A stretch of 64,000 nucleotides of DNA, from positions 92,442,001 to 92,506,000 of the forward strand of contig OX597815.1 in assembly GCA_951406725.2 (NCBI GenBank). The letters are read 5' to 3'. Below, piece after piece: positions 12,885 through 24,509 of the stretch. Within the stretch, counting starts at the first letter, position 1. Every line of letters starts with the position of its first letter. The notes under the pieces are model-generated. The model was not told the origin of the DNA and did not search any database. It saw nothing but the letters and a program-made list of their open reading frames with translations. The position numbers and the translations under genes were made by a program. This stretch comes from Octopus vulgaris. Taxonomy: Eukaryota.

Positions 12885-13675
12885 GAGGATAAAATTAACT
12901 TGCAAGTGGCTGAGTACTCCACAGACATGCATACCATAACGTAGTTCTCAGGGAGATTCATCCTCACACAGAATATGACAAGGCTGGCCCCTTTGGATTA
13001 CAGCTACAACTCATTTTTACCAGCTGAGTGGATTGGAGCAAGCTAGACCTCCAAGTGGTTGGAAGAAAACAAATAAGATCCTATGTAGGGTCAGGAAAAT
13101 CTTTTTAGTTGTTAGGATCACTATGGGTGTTAATCCAGTCCTAACAATGACATTTGTGGGTCTCACTGATCTGGAGGTCAAACCCCCAGATAAACACCCA
13201 TGCGCAGGCTGTTGCTATCAAACTGAGCATGAGTCAAGGGCGAATACACAATGGAATAGCAATTATTTTGTCTTCACTTTCACTGATTATACTAAACACA
13301 TGAGATTTTTGCCTTACGATATGGAACATTTCATTTTCATTCACTCTTTTTAAAAAATGGCACTCCATTGGTTACAACAAGGTTTCCGTTTATCTGACAA
13401 ATGGAACAGCCTGCTCGTAAAATTAACGCGCAAGTGGCTGAGTACTCCACAGACATGCATACCATAATGTAGTTCTCAGAGAGATTCAGCCTCACACAGA
13501 ATGTGACAAAGCTGGCTCCTTTGAATTACAGCAACAACTCATTTTTGCCAGCTGAGTGGACTGTAGCAAAGTAAAACAGAGTACTTTGCTCAAGAACACA
13601 GCACGCTGCAGGGAATCGTACTCATGACTTTATGATTGTGGGCTGAATACTTCAAGCCATTGAGCCACACACCTT
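12885..13675 (-). mobile_element. tRNA-derived SINE family C: partial copy ~12885-13042 and near-full copy ~13355-13675
   Basis: GCAAGTGGCTGAGTACTCCACAGACATGCATACC...CAGCTGAGTGGA present twice; on - the head reads GTGGCTCAATGG...GAGTACGATTCC followed by TTCTTGAGCAAAG. Confidence 0.65.
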
Positions 13676-14164
13676 CCCTCTCTTAATCACAGAGAAAAGG
13701 AGTGGAGTGATAGAGACAATTAGACTGAAATATGATTGATCTTTTCTAGCTTCTTTACTTTTAACAATGAAGAAGAGGGAAAGACATTTAGAAATGAATA
13801 GATGGAAAGTTTTTCAGGTGTTTACGTTTTTATTCTGGGAATTTTAGAACGATCGAGTGTTAGTTCTCTTTTCTTTCCCCCACCCCCGGTATTTATTCAC
13901 CTTCTTTGATAGTTCTTCGTGTCTTTTAGTTGACAGGGAACGACCATGTTTTTTTTTCAAACACATTTAACAAACATTTTCTCTACAAACTACAAACAAG
14001 CCCCACTTCTTTCCTTTGTTTCATTACAAAAACTAATGCAAATTTCAAATGAAGTATAGTTGTGAAAAAAGCCCAGAAAATTGGGTAATACCCCTCTACA
14101 AAATAGGTGAGGAAGAAAAGTTGCCAACTAGTGGCTACACAAAATTCAACTCTATACCAAAGCC

Positions 14165-14440
14165 TCATGAGTGAATTTAGTAGATGGAAACTGTAAGAAG
14201 CCTGTCATATATATAATTGTGTGTTGTGTGTGTTTGTGTCTGTGTTTGTTCTCTCACCACCATCGCTTGACAATCAGTGTTGGTGTGTTTGCATACCTGT
14301 AACTTAGCTGCTCAGCAAAAGAAACTGATAGAATAAGCACCAGGCTTACAGGGAATAAGTCCAGGAGTCAATTTCTTCGACTAAAGGGTGGTGCTCCCGT
14401 GTGGACACAGTCAAAAGACTGAAAAAAGTAAAATAATAAA
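14165..14440 (+). mobile_element. 3' part of SINE family B
   Basis: Aligns by eye to 21400-21677 with CpG decay. Confidence 0.75.
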
Positions 14441-14898
14441 AGAATATCAGAAGAATGTTCAGTACCACTAAACCAAGAAGGTTCTTTGAATATGTACGAT
14501 GTATTTTAAGACTAAATAGTAATTCTGTTTACATTTGCATAACTGAAATATTTTGGTTGGATTATAAAGTTATTGGTTTGACACTTCTTTCTGTATTCTG
14601 TAACTGTCACACTATAGAAACATTTCTCATGGCACCAGCACACAGACGCTTACATTTTTTATGTTTTCTGTGAATTTTGCATGAGTCCAGCTACTTATTA
14701 TTATTATGAGTAAACAGCAAACTGGCAGAATTGTAAGCACGCCGAGCTAAATGCTTAGCAGAATTTCATCCATCTTTATGTTCTGAGTTCAAATTCTGCC
14801 AAGGTCAACTTTGCCTTTCATCCTTTCAGGATCAATATATTAAGTACCAGTGAAACACTGGGATAGTGGCCCCATATTCCCCAAGGAATCAAGAGGCC

Positions 14899-14929
<31 letters not shown>

Positions 14930-15019
14930 AAGAAGAAACATTGGGATTAATATAATTGACTAGTCCCTTCCACCAAAATTTGAGGCCTTGTGTTTTAAGT
15001 AGAAAGGATTATTATTATG

Positions 15020-15988
15020 AGTTTTTCTTCTTTCAGTTTTGTTTACATTTCTTCCCTAGTGTTTTCCTGACATCTAGAGCAAAGAATTTCACTGTATACA
15101 TTGATAGACACTTAAAATAAACATACCAAATTGTTCACATATAAAATCAAATAAAGTTGACAATGCTCTTTTTGATATCTGACATACCACTTAAAACAAT
15201 CTTTAGTACTTCTAGCAGGGATGGTAAGCCAGGAATAGTTCTCAAATTATTTTCAGTTTCATTTTGTATCATTCCTAGTCCTTCTACAATCACTGATATT
15301 TTAATTGTCTTGAGATGCCACATTTTTCCGATTTCAATGAGCAAATTTCTGACTATGCCAAATTCTTTTGCCAGAATATTATGATCACAAGGGATACTCA
15401 TGTTAATCAATAAACAGACTTTATTATTTTGACCTTTTACAGCTATATCCAGCTTATTAGCTTTGATGGTTTTGTCTGTATGCATTGGAAAGTTCTAAAA
15501 TATTGTTACAATCTGTCCCTATCTTAGACCCTCAGGGTGATTCTTATACTACTTGTCAACAGTTTTGATTAACCAGCGTAGATATTGGCCAACTCTGTCG
15601 TTTCTCGATTTATACTCGACTGATGTTAAAATGTTACATTGAGAGATTAAGTGATCCAGTTTTGATCTCATCAATGCAGAATCAGCACTTTGGATCTACT
15701 TCATTTTTCTTCACATTGGTTTGGTAGTTTCAGTTCAATAAGCTTCGATCATGAGTAGCTAAGGATGAAGCCTTTGCTCTCTGTCTTTAGCCCTGAGTTT
15801 TGTAGCCACTGATGGGTGTGCTTCCAGACAACACAAGGTTGTTTGGTATGAGGTACATATTTGCTATGCAAAGGCTTCTGCTTCCACCGACCAGCAGATT
15901 GTTCCTGCATTTTCACTTTGCCATTAATTTTACTTTCTTTGCAATAACAATTTCCACACTACCTTCTGGTTATTCAGGCTGGGTGTTA
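15020..15988 (-). mobile_element. R4/Dong-like RLE LINE fragment A
   Basis: TDKTIKANKLDIAV...LINMSIP...EIGKMWHLKT..VIVEGLG (ORF 15147-15485); upstream C..C/H..S/RxD remnants. Confidence 0.75.
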
Positions 15989-15989
15989 C

Positions 15990-16025
<36 letters not shown>

Positions 16026-16027
<2 letters not shown>

Positions 16028-16833
16028 GTTTGACTTTTGCTTTACATTTGCACAAGCTGGCTCCAAGTCTCACCCAGAGACCTCAAGAAACAACAAGTTG
16101 GAAGTTCATGTTGGTGTTATGCCTAGGGTGCCATATATTTGGTTTTGTACTTAGTGTTGTACTAAGGAATGCCTAAAAAACCATGCAAAAATTATGTTTG
16201 TTTTAAAACTTGAGATTACAAAGAAAGTATTTTGTGTAGGATATGAGCAGTTCCCATGAGCACTATCTTTTGAATTTCTGCCATTTTGGGGTTTCCTGGT
16301 ATCTGAGTTAGGTAGCAATCAACCCCTTTTGCTATCATTCCCAGGGCACCTATGACAACAGGTATTGTTCTAGTCTTCAGGTTCCACATTTTGCTGATTT
16401 CTATTTCCAGATCTTTATATTTGCTCAGTTTTTGGTAGGTCTTGACAGATACGTTTATATCGATTGGGACAGTCATATCAATGAGGAGGCATGTTTTTTG
16501 TCTGAAGTCTTTTACTATGATGTCTGGCCTATTCACATCTATCTTTCTGTCAGTTTGAATGGTGAAGTTCCAGAGGAGTGAGATGTGGTCATTTTCAAGC
16601 ACTGGAGGTGGTTTGTGTTCCCACCAGTCCAGGCTTCTGCAAATTACCCAGTGAATATATTGTGCAGCTCTATCATGCCTGTTGAGATACTCTGTAGGCG
16701 CAAGAAGGCTGCACTTGGAGACAACATGATCAATGGTTTCATTTTGTTGTTGACATACACGACATGTTGGGCTACTGCCGTTCTTTAATATGTTGGCCTG
16801 GTAGTTCCTTGTAGGTAGGCATTGATCTTGAGC
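16026..16833 (-). mobile_element. R4/Dong-like RLE LINE fragment B
   Basis: RHDRAA, WNFTIQTDRKIDVNRPDIIV...LIDMTVP...KLSKYKDL..EISKMW...PVVIGALG (ORF 16216-16602). Confidence 0.85.
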
Positions 16834-16854
16834 TTCTTCTTCTTCTTCTTCTTC

Positions 16855-16894
<40 letters not shown>

Positions 16895-16895
<1 letters not shown>

Positions 16896-17415
16896 TTCTC
16901 CTTATAACAGGTTTTGTTGGAGCTCCTGGAGTCTTCCATGTGTAGTAGGCTTACTACCTGCAGCCTACAATACCATACTATTCGTTCTTTTCTGCTATCT
17001 AATACTTTCCTGATTATTCTGGCCATGCCAAGGAGGCAAACCTTTTGTAACAGTTCTGCTGAGCACTCTATTCCAATTTCCTTTATATTCCTCGTAATGC
17101 CTTCTGGCACTGTTCCCAAGGAGCCAACAATAATTGGCACTATCTTCACCTTCTTCATTTTCCATAACCAGGCTATTTCATACTTAAAAGGGTTGTATCT
17201 ATCTATCTTCTTAACTATTCATGGCTCAAAGGGGCATGCAACATCGACTATATAGCATATGTGGTGCATCTTATCCTCCACCACTAGGTCTGGTCTGTTA
17301 TGCTCTAGCACCTGATCTGTTTGGATTGGGAAATCCCAAAAGATTTTGCTAGTATCCAACTCTGCCACTCGCTGCAGCTTGTGCTCATACCACATCTTCC
17401 CTCTCTTTAGCTTCC
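16895..17415 (-). mobile_element. R4/Dong-like RLE LINE fragment C
   Basis: WDFPIQTDQVLEHNRPDLVV...IVDVACP and VPIIVGSLG...LLQKVCLLG..RIIRKVL. Confidence 0.85.
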
Positions 17416-17460
<45 letters not shown>

Positions 17461-17461
<1 letters not shown>

Positions 17462-17745
17462 GGACTGACATGTCAATTAGAAAACACTTTTTTTCTTGAT
17501 GGTACCTAACAACAATATCTGGCCTATTAGCCTTGATCTATCTATTTGTGTGTATTGGCATATCCCAGAATGAGATTACTTTGTCTTTTTCTATAAACTT
17601 TTCTGAAAGATGCCTATACTCTCTTCTTCTTACTTTTATTCTGTAGTGCTGGTATAGCTTCCAGTGCATATAAGTCCAAATTCTGTCATGTATGTGGATA
17701 TATTCCTTCTTACCCAGGACTGTGCAGCCAGAGACAATATGATTT
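17461..17745 (-). mobile_element. R4/Dong-like RLE LINE fragment D (internal piece)
   Basis: Manual translation of -: HDRIWTYMHWKL...FWDMPIHTNR*IKANRPDIVV...CFLIDMSV. Confidence 0.75.
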
Positions 17746-18044
17746 ATTATTCTTAAGGTGGCAAGCTCGCAGAATTGTTAGCACATCAGACGAAATGCTT
17801 ACCAGCATTTCTTCCGGCTGCACATTCTGAGTTCAAATACCACTTAGATTGACTTTGTCCTTGTCATTTTGGGGTTGATAAAGTAAGTACCAGTTGAGCA
17901 CTGGAATTGATGTAATTGATTCACCCACTTCACTTAAATTTACTAGCCTTGTGCAGAACTATGGAAACAGAACAAAGATACTCTCAAACAGCACACTGCA
18001 TGATATAAAACAAACTCTCATTTTTCAGTCTTTGTTGTCATGAC

Positions 18045-18204
18045 CAGTGCTGTCTTAAGGTATGGGCACACTGGGTAGTTGCCTGGGGGCCTCATGGGTC
18101 CATTTCTAATCTATGGAAGTTGTGGTTGCTGTCAATAAGTAAATATTATTGGGCCCAGTGCATTGATTTGCCTGCAGGCCTATAATGCTGCTAAGATGGT
18201 CCTG
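18045..18204. mobile_element. hAT-like MITE
   Basis: Imperfect TIR CAGTGCTGTCTTAAG / CTAAGATGGTCCTG; 8-bp flanks GTCATGAC / ATCATCAC (6/8). Confidence 0.5.
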
Positions 18205-20681
18205 ATCATCACTTAAAATTACTTGAATGTGCACTAAATCTTAACAATAATGCTACTGATATTGAAGTGATTAAATTGAATACGTTTAAAAGAGCTGCAA
18301 TGTATTTAACAGAGTCGTAGAAAGTTTAGATGATAATGATGCTGAACATAGATTCTACTTTCTTAATGGCCTTAGAGGATCAGATAATTTATGTTTGTTC
18401 AATACATAAAAAATTGCAACATATGTAACAAGAATGTGATGTTGTATGATTGATATGTGCCAAATGAACTACCTAAGCCACTGAAATCCTTAATACCAAA
18501 TGCATAGGTGGAGCTACATGTAAATTTCAATGTCCTGCTAATGAACAGAGAATCACTAGTAGTTATTGTAGATGTGACATCAGGGTAGTTTGGAGATGCT
18601 TGTCATGAAATCTTACAAATTGCATACAGAATTTTTTCTGACAATAGTTTATAAGTTGTGGGCTTAGAGTGTTTAGAAAAGTTGGTGCTACTGCAATGAA
18701 GACCTACACCCTGCTATCCTCAAGCAAATACTCTATTTGAAAGATTTTTAACAATAATGAAAATTGTGTTGTTACTATCTTATTACAGTGAAGAAAATGG
18801 GATGTTGTTGAATAAGTGAGAAGAACAGTCTCTACTTTTTAGTTCATCACCTATTTTATTGTTAAAAGTTGAAATAGAATGTGACAATTTGAAGAAAAAA
18901 AAACTAACAAAATAATGATGGAAAAATGAGATTAATGTTGTCATAGCTTGATTCTGTAATTATGTGAGCATACGCAATCAAGGAGCAAAGGAAAATAACA
19001 AACTAACGGAAAATGTGCTTGTGTTAGTGATTTAGCTGAAAAGCTTGATTGTGAGTGTGAGTAGATGAGGGAGAGTTTAAAAGAATGAATGCTTGTGTCC
19101 CCAACTATTTTTAGGTTAGTGGCTGGCTCTGTTGACAATGACAACGGTCTGATGTGTGACATGACTATGCTCAGTTCTTTCTTCTCTCTCTGCTTGATTC
19201 TCTATGACTGTCTTTCTCTCTTGTGTACTAATAATTTGTTGATTACCACTCTTTTTATAAGCTGAGTTTAGCTTAATCAATGTTTGACTGATAAGCAGTT
19301 GACAACCTTTCATTCATCAGTGCTTTTGTTGATGTTAGGCAATGAATTTGATATGTAGTTGTTGGTTAGTTTTATGATATCATCACTTAATTTGAAATAT
19401 CCTGTTTTTTATTTTTTTTATTATTGCTTACTAAAACTTTTTCATTGAACAGAAAAACAGTCTGGGTTCAAAGTCAGGCAGAGACCTGCTACAGATTCGA
19501 TAAAACCATTGTCAAACTAGTCAAGTCATTAATTCACAAGGGTAAGTAGTGGAAGAGAAGTTTGAAAGTTTATATTACTCTACAGGAACACTCCTCATTC
19601 ATAAAGGATAGGACTATCTACTCTGAAGTGATCTTATGCCAGCAACTCTCTTATACATCACTTTCGTCAACTTGTGATAAATAGATAGTCACCACTACTT
19701 TAGTTTCAACATTATCATGTGTGCTATTCTAACCAACTAGTAGCCTGTGAGCCATTTTTAACTATTTACAAGAACACAATTGTCTTACTTGCTTTGCTGT
19801 CATTTCACTGTCTCTCGTGTGAAATTTTCATTCTGCACCAACCATGCACAAACTGTAGCTCAGCAACCATGTGCAATCTGTTACTTTGACAGTTACCATG
19901 TATAAACTACAACTCTGCTCTCTTACTTAGCACTTGCTAGCGGACAATTATAATTCTAATTGTTTAAAAGTATAGCCAGTCATCACTTGCAAGTGTGTGA
20001 GCATGTATGACATAGCAATATATGCCATTCTTTTGCTAATTGTTTTAAATACCTATGTAGTCATGAGCAGACATAGACCCTTTGTCATTCCTTTTCCCTT
20101 TGTCTCACCTAAACATCTAGGATGTGACAGAGGAAATGAGGGTTACACCATTATTGGGTTTGTTCTCATTAAATATGAACAAACTGGAGTAACAGTACCT
20201 TGCTCAAAGGACACTATGCTTGAACCTGCAACTTTATCATATGAGCTGAACATTCTAATCACTTGGTCACACACCTCCATACCAATCTGAAAATTTGTTG
20301 GTTAAATGCAATTTTTTTTTTTGGTCTGTTAACTTCTATCTTTGCTGTTGTTAATTATCTTTTAACTTTACAAGCTAGAAAATGTATTAACACTTTCTAC
20401 ACATCTTATCTAACTAATTTTGTAAACACAAAAAACGTATGTACATTCCACAACACATTTTATACACCTAGCTTTTTATTGGTATACTGAAACCAACTTT
20501 ATTATTTCCCACTTTTGCATTTTCTATATTATATCATGTCTGAGAACCAGGAAAAAAATGAAGGTAATCTTATTTAATCCACCATATTTAATCTTTCAAT
20601 ACTCATAACATTAAAGTTAGCTATCCCTCCCAAGACAACTTTACTTCCAAAATCACACACAACAATCAAACACATCCAGAT

Positions 20682-20761
<80 letters not shown>

Positions 20762-20767
<6 letters not shown>

Positions 20768-21196
20768 TGGAAGATCCTGGAGGGAAGTGTCCTGAACTTT
20801 GGCATCGAGAGTTACGCAAATGCCAGAACTGGGCGCCACTGCGTGGTGCCTAGGACTCCAAACTTGCCATCAAGATGTAGGACAAGATTCTGTGATAGCC
20901 TGGGCTTCCGAGGCCCACAGCTCTTCAATATCCTCCCGAAGAACCTGAGAGACCTGCATGGGGTGGATACAGATGTCTTTAAAATGAAGCTGGATCTCTT
21001 CCTGTCAGGTGTCCCAGATGAACCAACTTCACGGCAGGAGGGGCAGATGAGGGCAGCTGCGTCGAACTCTCTCATGCACCAAATAGCAGCTGCTAGAAAG
21101 CCTCCATGAAGTGAAACCAAGTAGCAACACCAAATGGCGGTGCCCCAGCATGGCCACAGCTCATAAGCTGAAACTGGAAAAATCAAAAATCAAAAT

Positions 21197-21200
<4 letters not shown>
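20762..21200 (+). mobile_element. 5'-truncated CR1-group LINE (second family) inside (TA)n
   Basis: IWKILEG...RGPQLFNILPKNLRD...VFKMKLDLFLSGVPDEP; tail (AAATC)n; (TA)n on both sides. Confidence 0.75.
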
Positions 21201-21245
<45 letters not shown>

Positions 21246-21253
21246 CTATACAA

Positions 21254-21285
<32 letters not shown>

Positions 21286-21288
<3 letters not shown>

Positions 21289-21677
21289 AGTGGCTGTGTG
21301 GTAAGTAGCTTGTCTACCAACCATATGGTTCCGGGTTCAGTCCCACTGCGTGGCACCTTGGGCAAGTGTCTTCTACTATAGCCTCGGGCCGACCAATGCC
21401 TTGTGAGTGGATTTGGTAGACGGAAACTGAAAGAAGCCCGTCGTATATATATATATATGTGTGTGTTTGTGTGTCTGTGTTTGTTCCCTAGCATTGCTTG
21501 ACAACCGATGCTGGTGTGTTTACGTCCCCGTTACTTAGCGGTTCGGCAAAAGAAACTGATAGAATAAGTACTGGGCTTACAAAAGAATAAGTCCCGGGGT
21601 CGAGTTGCTCGATTAAAGGCGGTGCTCCAGCATGGCCGCAGTCAAATGACTGAAACAAGTAAAAGAGTAAAAAGAGT
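21286..21677 (+). mobile_element. tRNA/CORE-like SINE family B, nearly intact
   Basis: A box TGGCTGTGTGG, B box GGTTCAGTCC, CORE-like CACCTTGGGCAAGTG, tail (AAAAGAGT)n; CpGs largely retained. Confidence 0.85.
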
Positions 21678-22038
21678 ATATATATATATATATATATATT
21701 CACCATTTTTGTAGCTTATCAACATTACATACCTGAATCAAACCAGAGATGAATTGAATCACCACTCTATGACTATATATGAATAGTGTAAAAACTATTC
21801 GATGATGTGCCACAGCAATGCACATGTAAGATTAAATTCAATAATGAATTAAAAGCAACATTAGTGATACAATAACATTTCAATACTCATTCAATTTGTC
21901 TCCAGTTCTCCTTATATCATAGTTGTCCAGCCAGCTACATGCTTGACCTGCCACATATTTAGCTACATGTTTTGTTTTGGTCAATAAAAATCAGTCTTTC
22001 TAATGCATCATAAACACAGCCTAATTCACCATAAGTTA

Positions 22039-22600
22039 CGAGGGGCGTTCAATAAGTAATGCCCCTGACCCACTTCCCATAGCAGTAGAGCAACGAAACT
22101 TGGCACAGTTATTAGTCTTTTTCTACATAGGAACCACCCAGAGTTATGCATTTCTCCCATTGTTTGATGCAGCTCTGGAGACCGTTTTTGTAGAAGACCC
22201 CAGCTTGGTCCTCCAACCCGAACGTGACTTCAGAAATCAAGGCTGCATCATCTGGGAAACGCTTTCCTTTCAAAAACAACTTCATGACTGGGAAGAGGTG
22301 AAAATCAGAGGGTGCAAGGTCAGGAAAGTAGGGGGATGGGGGAGGAGTTCATAGCCATACGCCTGTGCTTCTGATCTGGCGACAAGCGAGTTGTGGACCG
22401 GAGCGTTGTCCTGCAGGAGGAGGATGTCTTTGCTGATCTTGCCCCGCTTCTTGATTTTGATAACTTCTCTTAATTTCCTCAAAAGTGAAGCATAATAGGC
22501 TCCTGCAATTGTGGTACCCTTTGCCAGGAAATCTGTCATCACTACTCTAGATCCAACAACTGCAAGTGGGTCAGAGGCATTACTTATTGAACGTCCCTCG
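22039..22600 (-). mobile_element. internally deleted mariner (Tc1/mariner) element
   Basis: 37-bp TIRs CGAGGG(G/A)CGTTCAATAAGTAATGCC(C/T)CTGACCCACTT with 2 mismatches; TA on both flanks; transposase C-terminal half LLLQDNAPVH...LPHPP..PDLAPSDFHLFP. Confidence 0.92.
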
Positions 22601-24509
22601 TACCTTCCTGATTGTGCACATGTAAGTGAAATTCTGAGTAACATGAACAAATCACCAACAGATTTCCAATAAATATATTGCACATGTGTGAATGAGTGCA
22701 TACAAGTGCATGCATGTCTATATTTACATGAGTGTCTGTAAGGGTGCATGGGTACATAGCATGAACATTCAGCAATCACTTCATGTCATGATTCACTAGA
22801 ATGTTATCCACATGATAAAAAAATCTAACCAATCACAACTTTGCCTAAAACTGGCTCCAGTAAAATTCCATCTTTTCATGCCTTTCTCTCTGAGCCTAAA
22901 CAGTATAAATTTGGCACACCATATCTACTTAACCAGAGAGCATTTACAGACACCATAGGAGATGGCCAGTAGAGATGATGGACAGCTACTGACCTGAGCT
23001 GACAACAATCATGATGAACAATCAGTGATACCAACACAATGACCAGCAGCTAACTTTTTGATTGTACTACAATTCCACCAAGAACATAACATTCAAACCC
23101 TCTCAATGTTTTGTCATTTGTAGTAATGACAATATTTGATTTTGTTTGTGAAAAGAATGAAATTCTGTTTATCAAAAAGGATGACAGATTTCATCATCTT
23201 CTTCATAAAAGGTGTGTGTGTGTGTGTGTGTGTGTGTACGCGCGCACATGTGCAGTCCTGGGATTCCAGTTCGGACATGGTTACATGGTTAAGCCATTTA
23301 AAATAAAGAACTCAAAATGCTAAGCCTGAGTGTCAATAAGCTTTATTAAAAACAATTAGTCCAACAAAATATATTTTGTCAGACTCATTAGTTACTAAAA
23401 CACACATATGTATGTGGGATATATGTGTATACACACACATCATCATCATTATTTAACATTCACTTTCCCTACCACATAGATCAGAGAGAATTTGTTGAGG
23501 TGGAATTTCTATGACTGGATACCCTTTTCACCAACCATCACCTGCTTCCAAATAAAGATGTAGCAAGACTAATTTCATAATAGCATGTTTTAAGCTTAAA
23601 TAATCTAAAAAAGGCTCCACATGTAAGTCTCTAATGAGTGGTCATGTGACATTGAAATACTTTGTTGAGTCAGGCATTTGGATTGGCCTAGTTTTATGCA
23701 AGATATGGAGCTTGTATCCAATTGTGTTATGCAATACACCACCAAAGCAGCAAATTAAAAATGCTTGTCTAAACCTCTTTTTGTTAATAAATAGCATAAT
23801 GTTTTTCATTTTAAGCAGAAGGGAGAATTTGTTTTCAGGAAGCTATGTTACATTATTTTTGTTCCTGTTGAAGCACATGTAACCAAGTTCAACTGAGTTG
23901 AAAAGCCAACCATGTATGATTTTCAATATACAGCATTCTTTGTGATGTATTAGTCCGGTTTGCTGTATGATTTTATTTAGCAGAAGAATAAAGTGTTGCT
24001 GTTAATTGAAAGCTCATTTCTGGTATTATTTCTACTGTTTTATATGGATTTGTTATAAGCGGGCCAGAGACACCCTCTTTCAGCTAAAAAGTAATATTTC
24101 CTCATGACCAGGCATGTCTTCAAAGAAAGGAAATAAAGGACATCACTTGAATGATACTGAAACTTGCTTCCAACTATTATATGATGTCAAGGAAAGAGAC
24201 AGTAAAACATACACAATTATAACAAGTTACTTTCAGTTTCTATCTTCAAAATCCACACACCAGGCTTCGGTTGCCCCAGGGCTGTAGTAGAAGCCACTTG
24301 TCCAAGGTACCACCCAGTGAGACTGAACTTGAAACCATGTAGTTAGGAAGCATTTTTTTTCTTTTCTTAGTGAAGGAAGCATGCGGAAACAGATACTGCA
24401 AAACATCTTCAACCAACTCTCTAACATTTTGATAATTTACCATCCTCGATTGATACTTTATAAACGACCCCGAAACAATAAAAGGCAAAGTCAACCTGTG
24501 CAGAATTTA

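Noticed and set aside
20675-20771. TCCAGAT/(TA)n/ATCTGGA as a TIR element
   Set aside because: Only 7 bp of unique IR, and the right arm is the LINE's own IWK codons
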